This document shows positions 19,778 through 29,679 of a DNA stretch of 61,868 bases, piece by piece. The stretch is from positions 1-61,868 of the IMG/VR virus record IMGVR_UViG_3300048599_000826. One strand, written 5' to 3'. The translations under genes and the position numbers were made by a program. The stretch is from a virus (Duplodnaviria > Caudoviricetes). Numbering within the stretch: the stretch's first letter is position 1; each line of letters begins with the position of its first letter. A model generated the notes under the pieces. That model was not told the DNA's origin, made no database searches, and saw nothing but the letters and a program-made list of their open reading frames with translations.

Positions 19778-21198
19778 AAACACGTTACATGAACGCGGCG
19801 ATGCTAGCCGCTGTCGCCGCGGCCCCCATCTTTGACCTGGTCAATGGATTTGACCTCTCTCAGATCCCCCGCGGATCCATCTTCAACGACGGCAAGTCGA
19901 GCGATCCAAAGGAGATCCTCAACGAGCTGCAGACCACCTTCAACGCCTTCAAGATCGAGAACGACAAACTGCTCGAGCAGGTGAAGAAGAATGGCACGGA
20001 GAGCGCTACCACTCGCGATAACGTGGAAAAGCTCAACACCAAGATCACCGAGCTGCAGAACAAGCTCGACGAGGAAACCAAAGCCAACAAGGCAAACGAG
20101 GCCGCCATCAACCGGATCACGCTGGGTGGTGCCGGCAGCGAAGGAGCGGAGAACTCGGCCGAGGTGCGAAAGCACATCAACGCCTTCAACAAGCTCACCG
20201 GCAAGAAGCTCGACGCCGAGGCGTATGAAAACTTCAAGAAGGCGCAAAATGAGTACTGGCGCCTTGGCGAGAAAAAGCTCGGCGGCGAGACGCTCAACGT
20301 CCTGTCGGTGGCTGCCGATGGCGATGGCTACCTCGTCTCGCCTGATATCTCCGGCCGGATGATCAAGAAGGTGTACGAATCCTCGCCGCTGCGCGAGCTG
20401 GCGGCCGTGCAGAACACCTCCAAGCCATCCGTCGAAGGCATCTACGACAACGATGAAGTAACGGTCGGCTGGGTCGGTGAGGATGACAGCACGGCGCGCG
20501 ATGCCGAAACCGACACCGCGGACCTGGGCGGCTGGGAACTGAAGGTTCACGAGATGTACGCTCAGCCGCACGCAACCCAGAACATGCTCGACGACGCGGA
20601 TTTCGACGTCGAAGCGTGGCTGGGTGACAAAGTCGGCGCGAAGCTGGGTCGCACGGAGGCGACGGCATTCGTCAGTGGCAACGGAGTCAAGAAGCCGCGC
20701 GGTATCTTGAGCTACACCAATGTCGCCAACGCGAGCTTCACCTGGGGCAACATCGGCTTCGTGGTGACCGGCGCGGCGACGACCTTCGCGAGCAGCAACC
20801 CGGCCGACGTGTTGTTTGACGCCGAGGACGCACTCAAGCAAGCCTATCGAGAAGGCGCAGCCTGGCTGATGGCTCGGTCGACCGCCACGAAGATCCGCAA
20901 GTTCAAGGATGGCCAGGGCAACTACCTCTGGCAGCCCTCCATCCAGGTCGGGCAGCCGGCCACCCTGCTCGGCTACCGCCTGGCTCTGGGTGAGGACATG
21001 CCGGCAACCGGTTCGAACGCGTTCCCGATCGCCTTCGGCAATTTCAAGGAGGCGTATCAGATCGTCGATCGCCAGGGCATCCGCGTCCTGCGCGATCCGT
21101 TCACGAAGAAGGGCCGCGTGAAGTTCTACACCACCAAGCGCGTTGGCGGTGGCGTGATCAACTTCGAGGCGCTCAAGCTGATCAAGTGCTCGACCTGA
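19774..21198 (+). CDS. HK97-fold major capsid protein
   Basis: Coiled-coil delta domain, DGYLV, GNGVKKPRG, KDGQGNYLWQP, KRVGGGV. Confidence 0.96.
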   Translation: MKTRYMNAAMLAAVAAAPIFDLVNGFDLSQIPRGSIFNDGKSSDPKEILNELQTTFNAFKIENDKLLEQVKKNGTESATTRDNVEKLNTKITELQNKLDEETKANKANEAAINRITLGGAGSEGAENSAEVRKHINAFNKLTGKKLDAEAYENFKKAQNEYWRLGEKKLGGETLNVLSVAADGDGYLVSPDISGRMIKKVYESSPLRELAAVQNTSKPSVEGIYDNDEVTVGWVGEDDSTARDAETDTADLGGWELKVHEMYAQPHATQNMLDDADFDVEAWLGDKVGAKLGRTEATAFVSGNGVKKPRGILSYTNVANASFTWGNIGFVVTGAATTFASSNPADVLFDAEDALKQAYREGAAWLMARSTATKIRKFKDGQGNYLWQPSIQVGQPATLLGYRLALGEDMPATGSNAFPIAFGNFKEAYQIVDRQGIRVLRDPFTKKGRVKFYTTKRVGGGVINFEALKLIKCST

Positions 21199-21290
21199 TC
21201 GATCGCGGCGGCGGCGCGAGGGAGGGCGCCGCCGCTGCTTCTTTCCTCCCCTGTTCTGTTACTGACCCTGATTTTCACTGGGAGAACCCC

Positions 21291-21734
21291 ATGTATCGTA
21301 AGCCTGTAGATTTCTCGCAAGTTCCGGCGGTCGGGCCCATCGTGCTCTCCGCTGATCCCACGCCCGTCGCCGTCGATCTGCTCGGATGCAACTCCGCGTC
21401 GATCCAGATCGCCGTTGGCGTCGGCGGCATCACTTTCAGCGGCACCAACAAGATCGAGTTCAAAGTCACCCACAGTGATGATGATTCGACCTACTCCGAT
21501 GTGACCTCGTCGGATGTGATCCTCGGCGATAACGCCGATACCACTGTGGGAACGGGCGGCATTGTTCGCTCGCTCATCGCCGCGCACGCCGCGGCGACGG
21601 TTGCCCGCGTGGACTACATCGGCGCCAAGCGTTACCTGAAGATCCTTCCGGACTTCAGCGGAACGCATGGCACCGGCACGCCGATCAGCGTCACGGTCAT
21701 CAAGTCCCGCCGCGACCTGAAACCTTCCTACTAA
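21291..21734 (+). CDS. probable capsid decoration protein
   Basis: GGAGA RBS; beta-rich protein just after MCP. Confidence 0.6.
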   Translation: MYRKPVDFSQVPAVGPIVLSADPTPVAVDLLGCNSASIQIAVGVGGITFSGTNKIEFKVTHSDDDSTYSDVTSSDVILGDNADTTVGTGGIVRSLIAAHAAATVARVDYIGAKRYLKILPDFSGTHGTGTPISVTVIKSRRDLKPSY

Positions 21735-21740
21735 CCAGCA

Positions 21741-21774
21741 GCGTGCCGCACCCTGACCGGTGCGGCACGCCTTT
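21741..21774 (+). terminator. rho-independent terminator-like hairpin
   Basis: GCGTGCCGCACC-ctgacc-GGTGCGGCACGC followed by CTTT. Confidence 0.65.
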
Positions 21775-21778
21775 GAAC

Positions 21779-22357
21779 ATGAACATCGTCAACGTCACCC
21801 CGCCGGCGTCCGAGCCCGTCACCCTCGCCGAGGTCCTGCAGCATTGCCGGATCTCCACAAACGAGGACAACGACTACGTTCGGTCATTGATCCAGGCGGC
21901 CCGGGAGTACGTGGAAACGTCGACCAGCGTCATCATGATCGAAACGACGCTGCGCCAGTCGTTCGACGACTTCCCGCGCAACGGGCCGCTGCGCCTGATG
22001 CGTTCGCCGCTGCTCGAGGTGGGGTCGGTGAAGTACTTCGACTACGCCGGCGTCGAGCAGACGCTCGATCCTGCGGAGTATGTCGTCGACGCCGATTCCC
22101 GTCCGCCGCGCATCGCTGCCTGGCCATCCTGCTGGCCGACGGCGGACTGCGGCCGGCCAAACGCGGTGACGGTCACCTTCACGGCCGGCCATGCCAACGC
22201 GGCCGCGGTGCCGGCTCAGCTCAAAGCGGCCATCAAGTTCCTCGTTGCCCACTGGTACGAAATGCGGCAGCCGGTCGTCATCGGCACGATCTCCACGGAC
22301 ATCCCGTTGACGGTGACCTCGCTGCTCAGGCTCAACCGCGTGAGAGGTATTTTCTAA
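21779..22357 (+). CDS. head-tail connector (gp6-like)
   Basis: EPVTLAEV..H.RI, LIQAAREYVE, LVAHWYE.R. Confidence 0.88.
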   Translation: MNIVNVTPPASEPVTLAEVLQHCRISTNEDNDYVRSLIQAAREYVETSTSVIMIETTLRQSFDDFPRNGPLRLMRSPLLEVGSVKYFDYAGVEQTLDPAEYVVDADSRPPRIAAWPSCWPTADCGRPNAVTVTFTAGHANAAAVPAQLKAAIKFLVAHWYEMRQPVVIGTISTDIPLTVTSLLRLNRVRGIF

Positions 22358-23385
22358 TGAGTAAGGATCCCATTCCCTCCGCGGAAGCTGTAATCGCCAA
22401 GCTCCGGCGTGATCTGGCCATGGCGCAGCGGGAGGGCCGCATTCTCCGGAAGCGGTTGGAGAAGCCTGCGTCCCAGAAGGCGCCGGCAGCCACGCCGCCG
22501 GTGAACCCGAAACCGACGCGCACCTTCGCGATGATTTCGCGGCTCTCGCCTCACGAGCTGCTGCTCGATCGACTGACTCACGGGAAGGACAAGCCCTGCC
22601 TGTTCCTGCCGTTCGTCGGCGAGTTCGGGCATGAGATCATGAGCCATATCCGCCTCGTGCACTTTCACCACGCGAAGGAGAAGGTCGTCTGTTGCCGGCC
22701 GGGACACGAAGTTCTGTACCCGTCGGCGACGTCGTTCGTGACCGATTGGGAGGATCCGATTCCGGATTTCCGGAAAGTCGGAACGCTGCGCAATCGCGTG
22801 CTCCGCTGGCCGGAGCTCCGCGTGCGGTACCCCGATCACTACGCGGTGAAGGCCGGCATGCTCGCGCCCGAGCAGGAAGTGATGATCATTGAGCCTGGCC
22901 AGCGCATCCCATTCCAACCGAAGAAACGCGGGCTGACGGCCGACGTGGTCCTCGGCGTGCGCAATCGCGCGTTCTGCCCCGAGCGCAACTGGAAGCACTG
23001 GCAGCAGCTGGCGGACGCGATCACCGCGGCCGGCCTTACCTTCGCGGTGATCGGGAGAAAGGACACCAGCTGCGAGCTCACCGGCCAGACCCACCACAGC
23101 GGTGACTATGACACCGACGCGGCGATCGAGCTGCTGCAGAACTGCAAGCTCTATGTCGGCACCGACAGCGGTACCTCTCACCTGGCGGCGGAGGTCGGCG
23201 CAAAAATGCTTCTCTTTCGTGAGACCGCCGGGCGATCGCGGGATCTCACGGTGCGGATGGCGGAAGTGAACCCCGACCGTGTCGAGCAGATGGATGGCGC
23301 CGGCGGCTGGGAAGATCCGGTAGCCGTCGGATTCAGGACGCTGATGGCTGCTGGGCACCTCAAGATCACAACGAGTGAAGCATGA
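22357..23385 (+). CDS. glycosyltransferase (GT-B, family 9-like)
   Basis: GEFGHE, RNWKHWQQLA, LYVGTDSGTSHLA. Confidence 0.8.
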   Translation: MSKDPIPSAEAVIAKLRRDLAMAQREGRILRKRLEKPASQKAPAATPPVNPKPTRTFAMISRLSPHELLLDRLTHGKDKPCLFLPFVGEFGHEIMSHIRLVHFHHAKEKVVCCRPGHEVLYPSATSFVTDWEDPIPDFRKVGTLRNRVLRWPELRVRYPDHYAVKAGMLAPEQEVMIIEPGQRIPFQPKKRGLTADVVLGVRNRAFCPERNWKHWQQLADAITAAGLTFAVIGRKDTSCELTGQTHHSGDYDTDAAIELLQNCKLYVGTDSGTSHLAAEVGAKMLLFRETAGRSRDLTVRMAEVNPDRVEQMDGAGGWEDPVAVGFRTLMAAGHLKITTSEA

Positions 23386-23705
23386 GCACCCAAATCGGCG
23401 AGCTGAAAGAACGGGTCACCCTGCTGCGGCCCGTCGAGGGTGACGCGCGCGTGGGGCAGAAGCTCGTCAACTACGTTCCTTACGCCGCAAACCTGCCGGC
23501 GAAGGTCGAAGGCCTTAAGACTCGGGATGTTCCCCGCTTCCGCCAGGCTCAGCTGCGAACCGAAGCGATCATCACGATCCGCTACGTCTCGGCCGTGACG
23601 GTGGATTGGCACGTGATGCTCGACGGCGTCGAGTACCACGTCGAGGACGTCGGCCAGGACAAGCCCCGCTGGACCACACTCAACGTTTACCGATCGAAAA
23701 AATGA
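23382..23705 (+). CDS. head closure protein
   Basis: IGELKERVTLL, ITIRY; position. Confidence 0.8.
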   Translation: MSTQIGELKERVTLLRPVEGDARVGQKLVNYVPYAANLPAKVEGLKTRDVPRFRQAQLRTEAIITIRYVSAVTVDWHVMLDGVEYHVEDVGQDKPRWTTLNVYRSKK

Positions 23706-24283
23706 GCAACGGAACTCGCGACATCCTCATCACCGGTGTGGATGAGGTGAAGGCATTGATTTCACGCATTCCCTTTGGCGTGTGGGATGCCCTGCCCAAA
23801 GCTGTTGAAGCGATGATGATCCCGTACGCGCGAGCGATGCGCAGCCAGCTGCTGCAGCACCGCCGCGGCGGCTTCCTGCGCAAATCGATCGTGACGCGCA
23901 ACACTTACTACGAAAACAACAATGTCGCGTTTGGCGTTGTCGGGCCCGACCGAGAGTTTCGCGGCAGCTGGAAGGGAAAGACGGTACGGCCGAAAAACTA
24001 CGCCCACCTGCTGAACTACGGCACCAAACCGCATCACCTGCGACGGAAGGCCACCGGCAACTATGAGGCTGTCGCCGTGCGGTCCGCGGGAGGCAAGCGC
24101 AGAACCTACTTCAGGACTCGACAGGTTTACGAGGGTTTTGGCGCGATGCATCCAGGTGCCAAGCCGTTTCCATTCCGCACGCTCGCCGAGGAAGCGGCCC
24201 GGTCCGAGTCGCTGCGGCTCGGCGCGATCGTCGTCAATCGCGCGATCACCGAAACCCTGCGCAAGAGAGGCCAGGCAGCATGA
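23702..24283 (+). CDS. HK97 gp10-like tail completion protein
   Basis: YAHLLNYGT, HPGAKPFPF. Confidence 0.75.
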   Translation: MSNGTRDILITGVDEVKALISRIPFGVWDALPKAVEAMMIPYARAMRSQLLQHRRGGFLRKSIVTRNTYYENNNVAFGVVGPDREFRGSWKGKTVRPKNYAHLLNYGTKPHHLRRKATGNYEAVAVRSAGGKRRTYFRTRQVYEGFGAMHPGAKPFPFRTLAEEAARSESLRLGAIVVNRAITETLRKRGQAA

Positions 24284-24681
24284 ACGCAATTTCCGTCGCC
24301 GACATCATGGGCGTGCGCGTCGCCACGGAGATCCCCGCGCTTACCGCGGTGAGGCCGGTCAACGGCTCGCGCGAGAAGACGCCCTGGATCGCGTACGAAA
24401 CGGTGGAGATGAAGAACCGCCGGCGGCTCAACTGCTCGTCGAAGAAGTACGACGGCATCATCCGGATGTACATCGAAGCCGGCAGCTATGACCAGGCCAA
24501 CACGATCGCCGAACTGGTGAAGGATCTCCTGATCGGCCACACCGAAACCGGCACGGCCTACGGCATCAAGCGCATCAACCTCCACGATGAAACCGACATC
24601 GCCCAGGACGACGAGGGCGACGAAACCACTTACGTGAAGTCGATCGACTTCAAAGTCACCGCGGTCAAGCTGACCGCATAA
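24280..24681 (+). CDS. tail terminator-like protein
   Basis: PWIAYE motif; position before tail tube. Confidence 0.65.
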   Translation: MNAISVADIMGVRVATEIPALTAVRPVNGSREKTPWIAYETVEMKNRRRLNCSSKKYDGIIRMYIEAGSYDQANTIAELVKDLLIGHTETGTAYGIKRINLHDETDIAQDDEGDETTYVKSIDFKVTAVKLTA

Positions 24682-24697
24682 CCCCAAGGAGCACACA

Positions 24698-25153
24698 ATG
24701 GACTTCTTCGCAATTGGAACGGACGTCTATCTCGGCACGGGCGCCACGGTCGCAACGCATGGTCCCTGGACCTCTGCCGGCTGCGTCGTGCAGGCCAAAC
24801 CCTCTGGCCTGACGCGAGCGTTTCGCGAGAAGCGGCCCTGCCTGAATGCCGCCAGCCGGCTCATCAAACGAGTACCCGGCGCCGTCACGCCGAGCCCGGT
24901 CACCGTCACTCTCGAGTTCGACGCGACTCAGTACGACGCGATCAAGGCGCGGCTTGAAACCGAGGACACCGTGCCTGTCGCCGTTGTCCTGGGCGATTCG
25001 GATAAGGCCCAAGTTCAAACCTGCTGGGTGGAGTCGCTCGACATCCTGGAGCTGGTCGACGAGGGCGACGTGCAGATGACGGTTTCCTTCATGCCGGCCA
25101 ACGAGGAAGACCTCGCGCTCGTAGCGGCGGCGACGGTGACCGGCGGCTCGTGA
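24698..25153 (+). CDS. major tail tube protein
   Basis: AAGGAG RBS; 151 aa beta-rich, position. Confidence 0.65.
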   Translation: MDFFAIGTDVYLGTGATVATHGPWTSAGCVVQAKPSGLTRAFREKRPCLNAASRLIKRVPGAVTPSPVTVTLEFDATQYDAIKARLETEDTVPVAVVLGDSDKAQVQTCWVESLDILELVDEGDVQMTVSFMPANEEDLALVAAATVTGGS

Positions 25154-25193
25154 GCCGTCCGCTGGGACAAAGTGATATCACGACCCCCTTTTC

Positions 25194-25622
25194 ATGAAAG
25201 TTGACAGTATGAATCTCAAACATCAGATCCTCGGTACAACGTTCGAGCGCGTGCTCGAACCGATCAATGTTCCTCACTGGCCCGGCACGGAGGGGAAGCT
25301 CTTCATGCGCAACCTCAACGCGCTGGAGGCCGAGCAGTACGGCGATTTCGTCACTGGTCACAACCTGCCTCAGGGCACCTGTGTTGCGGCGGCCGTCACG
25401 AGCTTGGTCCTCGTTGACGCCGACGGCAAGCAGGTCTTTAGCGGCGAGGACACCGCGGCGCTCTCGCAGCTCGACGAATCGCCGCTCGCTTTTGTCTTCG
25501 ATCGATTCGTAGCTTGGTGGAAGGTGCGTCGCGAAACCCAAAAAAAACAGTTCGCGGAACTCACTGGCAAGCCTGGTACGACCTCGCCTGGGAACGCGGT
25601 TTCGTCCACCCAGACCACCTGA
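25194..25622 (+). CDS. tail assembly chaperone (gpG-like)
   Basis: LVDADGKQVF motif; A8 slippery site; start may be 25209. Confidence 0.75.
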   Translation: MKVDSMNLKHQILGTTFERVLEPINVPHWPGTEGKLFMRNLNALEAEQYGDFVTGHNLPQGTCVAAAVTSLVLVDADGKQVFSGEDTAALSQLDESPLAFVFDRFVAWWKVRRETQKKQFAELTGKPGTTSPGNAVSSTQTT

Positions 25623-25897
25623 AGGCATCGCTAACACCCGACCAGCTGGATGACCTGGTCGAGTACCTCAATCTCACCAGTGAGAAGCGACATCAGGCAA
25701 ACAGGCGGGTCGACTGGCGCGATCGCCTGCTCGCGCGAGCGTCCTGGTGGCTCGCCTTGAAAGTCCTTGGCGACAAGGCTCCCTCGCTGGACAGCCTGTT
25801 GCCTCCTGAGCTGAGCATTGCCTTGCGCAAAGCCGAAGCCGAGCAGAAGATCGCCGCAGCGGCCGCGGCGAAACTACGCGCGAAAGGAAAGGTCTGA
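25541..25897 (+). CDS. tail assembly chaperone gpGT extension (-1 frameshift)
   Basis: -1 frame ORF entered at CCC-AAAAAAAA; LAWERGFVHPDHL motif. Confidence 0.7.
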   Translation, partial: KKTVRGTHWQAWYDLAWERGFVHPDHLKASLTPDQLDDLVEYLNLTSEKRHQANRRVDWRDRLLARASWWLALKVLGDKAPSLDSLLPPELSIALRKAEAEQKIAAAAAAKLRAKGKV

Positions 25898-25899
25898 TC

Positions 25900-28320
25900 A
25901 TGGGTACGCCAACCGGACCGAATATCGGCGTCACCGCTTCGGCCGGTAACGTCAAAGTAGTGATGACCGAGGTCCAGAAGGAGCTGGACCGCATCAAGGC
26001 CACGCCGCTCGAACAGCTGCGTGACAAGTCAGAGGAGGCCCTCGAGAAGGTCAATCAGAGCATCGGCGACGCCGTGCGCAACCTGGGCACGCTGAAAACG
26101 GCGTTCGCCAATACCGGTACCGTCGATACGCGAAAGCTGAAGGCGACCGAGAAGCAGTTCGCGGCGCTGAAGAATCTGGGAGTGGATCCACGGATCCTCA
26201 AACAGATCGACAGCACCCTCGGCGAAGTCACGGGACGCGGCACGCGTGACGAACGTGCCAAGCAGTTGAAGGAGACACGGTCGAAAGAGCGGGCGGCCGC
26301 TGTTGAACGCGCCAACGAAGAACGGTCGCTAGCGCTCAAGAGCGCAAACGAGGAGCGGGCGGCCGCGGCCGCTCGCGTTGCGGAGGAGGAGCGGCGCGAG
26401 CGTGAAGCGCGATCCGCCAAAGCCAAGGCCTTGCGCAAGGACCGCGCCATTGCGCAGCGTGATGCGATCCGGGGGATCCAGGAAGAGGTTGCCGCCAAGG
26501 ATCGCGCTCAGAAGAATGCGGCAAGGCGGGAGTTTGAGCGTGGCGGATCGGATGGTGGTAAAACGACCGCGGGCGGCGGCGGCGGTGGCGGCCTGCAGTC
26601 CTTTGCCGGTGCTCTCGACGATCTGACCGGAGGCCGTAAGTTCGACCTGAAAAAGGGTGCGAAGTTCGGTATCGCTGGCCTGATCGGCGGTTTTGTCGCC
26701 GATACGCTCGCGCAGGCGACAGCCGCCGCCGTCGAACAGAAACGGCTGGGCGACCAGGGTGGGCTTTCCGACGCCTCGTTTTTCGGCGGCGGCGCGACTG
26801 GCGAGGTGCTCGGCATCACCAACGCGGTCGGCCGTTCCCTTCCGATCTTCCGCGGCGTAATCGAATCCTTCGAAAACATCCACGAGTTGGCGACCGGCGT
26901 CCGCCAGGAGGCCGAAGAGTTCAACAAAACGCTGGAGCTGCAGAACCGTGCAAGCGAGTACGCGAACACGATTCTGAAGGAGCGCAAGCGGCTGCAGAAG
27001 GAGAACGCTCGCCAGCTGGCGCTCGACTACGAACGGGAAAATCGCTCCGTGCGCGGCGGGCGCGAGGGTCGGGTGCAGGCTGTGAACATCCGCCAGGTGG
27101 AGGAGACATCCAATCTCGGCGCCCGGCGCGATGAGACTATTCGCCTAGCGACAGAGGAAGCAAAGAAGCTCATTGACGAGAACAAGGCTCGGATCAACGC
27201 ACTTCGCAATCAAAAGGGCCGGGACGGGAAGACATCGGCGGCCGCACTGAGCCAGATCACCGGGCTGGAAACGTCGAACAAGCTGATCGGTGATGCTCGC
27301 GACGGCCAGATTGCCGATGCCAACAAACTCTATGAAGAGCGGCTGCGACTCCTGACACAAATCTCCGAACGCAACAGGAACATCGCGCTCGGTGCCGCCG
27401 AGGATACGCGGGCTGTCGATGATCAGATCGATTCACTGAAACGTGCCCGCGAGACGATGGCCGGCGATCCGCTGGTGCAGGCCCGCAACGAGTTCCTCGA
27501 GCTCAAGCCCACCATTGATAATCTTAGGTTGTTCGATGAACAGGCCGAGCGGTACGTGAAACGGCTGGAAGAGGTTCGACGAGAGCGTCAGAAGTTCGAC
27601 GCTACCGAGGGCGCAAAGTCGTTTCTGTCCGGGCCCGGTTTCATTGGCGGCAATGCTATCGAGCAGGAGATCGGAAGGCTTCGCGCTAACAACGTCGACG
27701 AGTCCATCATCGCGAGCGTGAAAGTTCGACTCGAAACCGATGAGGCAAAACGCCAGGCCGAGGAATTCAAGCGGACGCTGCAGGAAATCGGCGGCGGAAT
27801 CCGCATCACGCTCGCCAGGACCTCGCTTGAGCGGATCCGCGAAGAAGTCGAAGCAGAGAATCGTAAACGCATCGCCGACACTGGCGTCGGCTACACGCGT
27901 CAGCAGCTCGACAAGGAGATCAAGGCGCGGCAGATCGCCGGTGACGCGAGTGCCGCGGCTCAGACGCGCGAGAACGCAAAGACCGCCGAGCAGCGCCGAG
28001 ATGAAGCACTCGAGAGTCTGAAACGCCAGGGACAGCTGGTTGACGCCAACGGCAACCGGATTCTCACTGACCAGGAGCTTCGCTTTGGCGTGAACAAGAC
28101 ACTTCAGGATTACGCCGCATCCATTGCCACCTCGCGGCCGCAACTGATCACCAGTGACGACAAGGCTGCCGCAGATGAGTTCGCGGCCACGCGGAGCGGA
28201 AAAGTCATCGACGCCGAAAACCCAATCCTCAACCTGCAAAGAGAGGCGACCGGGTACCTGAAAACGATCGCCGATCGCATCACGCGCGATGGCGATGTTC
28301 CAGTGGACATTTCGAGGTAA
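25900..28320 (+). CDS. tape measure protein
   Basis: 806 aa, Ala/Glu/Arg-rich helical, follows chaperones. Confidence 0.8.
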   Translation: MGTPTGPNIGVTASAGNVKVVMTEVQKELDRIKATPLEQLRDKSEEALEKVNQSIGDAVRNLGTLKTAFANTGTVDTRKLKATEKQFAALKNLGVDPRILKQIDSTLGEVTGRGTRDERAKQLKETRSKERAAAVERANEERSLALKSANEERAAAAARVAEEERREREARSAKAKALRKDRAIAQRDAIRGIQEEVAAKDRAQKNAARREFERGGSDGGKTTAGGGGGGGLQSFAGALDDLTGGRKFDLKKGAKFGIAGLIGGFVADTLAQATAAAVEQKRLGDQGGLSDASFFGGGATGEVLGITNAVGRSLPIFRGVIESFENIHELATGVRQEAEEFNKTLELQNRASEYANTILKERKRLQKENARQLALDYERENRSVRGGREGRVQAVNIRQVEETSNLGARRDETIRLATEEAKKLIDENKARINALRNQKGRDGKTSAAALSQITGLETSNKLIGDARDGQIADANKLYEERLRLLTQISERNRNIALGAAEDTRAVDDQIDSLKRARETMAGDPLVQARNEFLELKPTIDNLRLFDEQAERYVKRLEEVRRERQKFDATEGAKSFLSGPGFIGGNAIEQEIGRLRANNVDESIIASVKVRLETDEAKRQAEEFKRTLQEIGGGIRITLARTSLERIREEVEAENRKRIADTGVGYTRQQLDKEIKARQIAGDASAAAQTRENAKTAEQRRDEALESLKRQGQLVDANGNRILTDQELRFGVNKTLQDYAASIATSRPQLITSDDKAAADEFAATRSGKVIDAENPILNLQREATGYLKTIADRITRDGDVPVDISR

Positions 28321-28325
28321 ACACA

Positions 28326-29231
28326 ATGACGATTACCGAAGTCGATCTCATCAAGCACGAAGGGACGACCGACGACGCCGGCTCCGGTTTTGAAGTCGAG
28401 TACGACATCACCTTCACTGGCGCATACGACCCGTTCGCTGTGAAGGCGCTCGACTCGATCACCCACCTGGGCAGTCCGGTCGACCTGGAGATCGGCGCCG
28501 AGATCGCCGCGGATACCGGTATCTATCTGCGTCGGCGCCGGCCAAAGGTGATCGATTCCACCATCGATGGCGGATCGTTCACGCTTGAGCTCTCTTACCG
28601 CGACGGCGTCCAGTACATCGAAAACCCCTTGATGCGAAAGGACACGGTTGAGTTCCTGCGCTACGACGAATCAAAGCCGATCTCGAAGGACGCATTAGGT
28701 CGATACATCGCAACGTCTAAAGTGACGGCAGGCGATCCTCCAACCTACGACCCGATCGAGATCTTCGCGGACAAGCCGACAACCAACGTCGCGAAGTTCG
28801 CCGCGATCATCCGAGGTTTTCGAGAAGAGTACCTCCTTAGCTTCGACTCCGATTCTGAATACAACGTGGTCAATCACGCCAATGTCACCATCGACGGCGT
28901 CACGTTTCCGCCAAAAACGCTCCGCTACGCTGGCGGCAGAGCGACCCGTGACCGCATCAACGGCTACCTCTGTGTTGCTCACGAGTGGCGCTTCGAGATC
29001 AAGACTAGTTGGAACCTGAAGATTCTCAATCACGGCAATTACGAGTTTGCCAGCGGAGGCAATCGACGGCGCATCATTGATCCAGATACCAAACGCGAGC
29101 GGCCCGTCAGCTGGCCGATCAGCGCTCTCGGTGTCGGACTTCCGAACGGCTGGACGGAGGGAGATCTCGTGTACCTGGAGTTCGAAAACTCGATCCCTGC
29201 CAACTACGGCTATTTCGACTGGGAGTTTTGA
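28326..29231 (+). CDS. tail protein (distal tail-like)
   Basis: Position after TMP, GAGG RBS. Confidence 0.6.
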   Translation: MTITEVDLIKHEGTTDDAGSGFEVEYDITFTGAYDPFAVKALDSITHLGSPVDLEIGAEIAADTGIYLRRRRPKVIDSTIDGGSFTLELSYRDGVQYIENPLMRKDTVEFLRYDESKPISKDALGRYIATSKVTAGDPPTYDPIEIFADKPTTNVAKFAAIIRGFREEYLLSFDSDSEYNVVNHANVTIDGVTFPPKTLRYAGGRATRDRINGYLCVAHEWRFEIKTSWNLKILNHGNYEFASGGNRRRIIDPDTKRERPVSWPISALGVGLPNGWTEGDLVYLEFENSIPANYGYFDWEF

Positions 29232-29232
29232 G

Positions 29233-29679
29233 ATGGGCGAATCCGGATCCGCTCGAGCCCGCATTTCGGTCGATGGGGCTCGGGCGATCGCCTCCGTCGT
29301 GAAGGAATGGACGGAGTACCGTTTCAGCGGCGGAAAGACGACAGACGTCGGCAATGAAAAGCCGCGAGGACAGGATCTCCATTTCGTCGCGACGGCCGCA
29401 GACTCCGACGGCACCAACCACTGGATCTACACCGGCAATCTTTTCGACGGACCCGGCCTCGGTAACCCGGTCGCAGAGGACGCGCTGGCGTTCAACAACA
29501 TCGAGGTCGGCAACAACGGCACGGCGGCCAGCGGGTACACGATCGGCACCGATGGTGTTACCGGCGTTCGGCCCGCGCCACTGGGAAAGCCCTTTCGAGT
29601 GACCGGCCCCTACCTCGAAGGCGATCAGTGGGCTTACCGGTTCGAGTGGCCGAACATTCCAGACGTGGAGTGTGAGTGA
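29233..29679 (+). CDS. tail-associated hypothetical protein
   Basis: Packed in tail operon. Confidence 0.6.
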   Translation: MGESGSARARISVDGARAIASVVKEWTEYRFSGGKTTDVGNEKPRGQDLHFVATAADSDGTNHWIYTGNLFDGPGLGNPVAEDALAFNNIEVGNNGTAASGYTIGTDGVTGVRPAPLGKPFRVTGPYLEGDQWAYRFEWPNIPDVECE

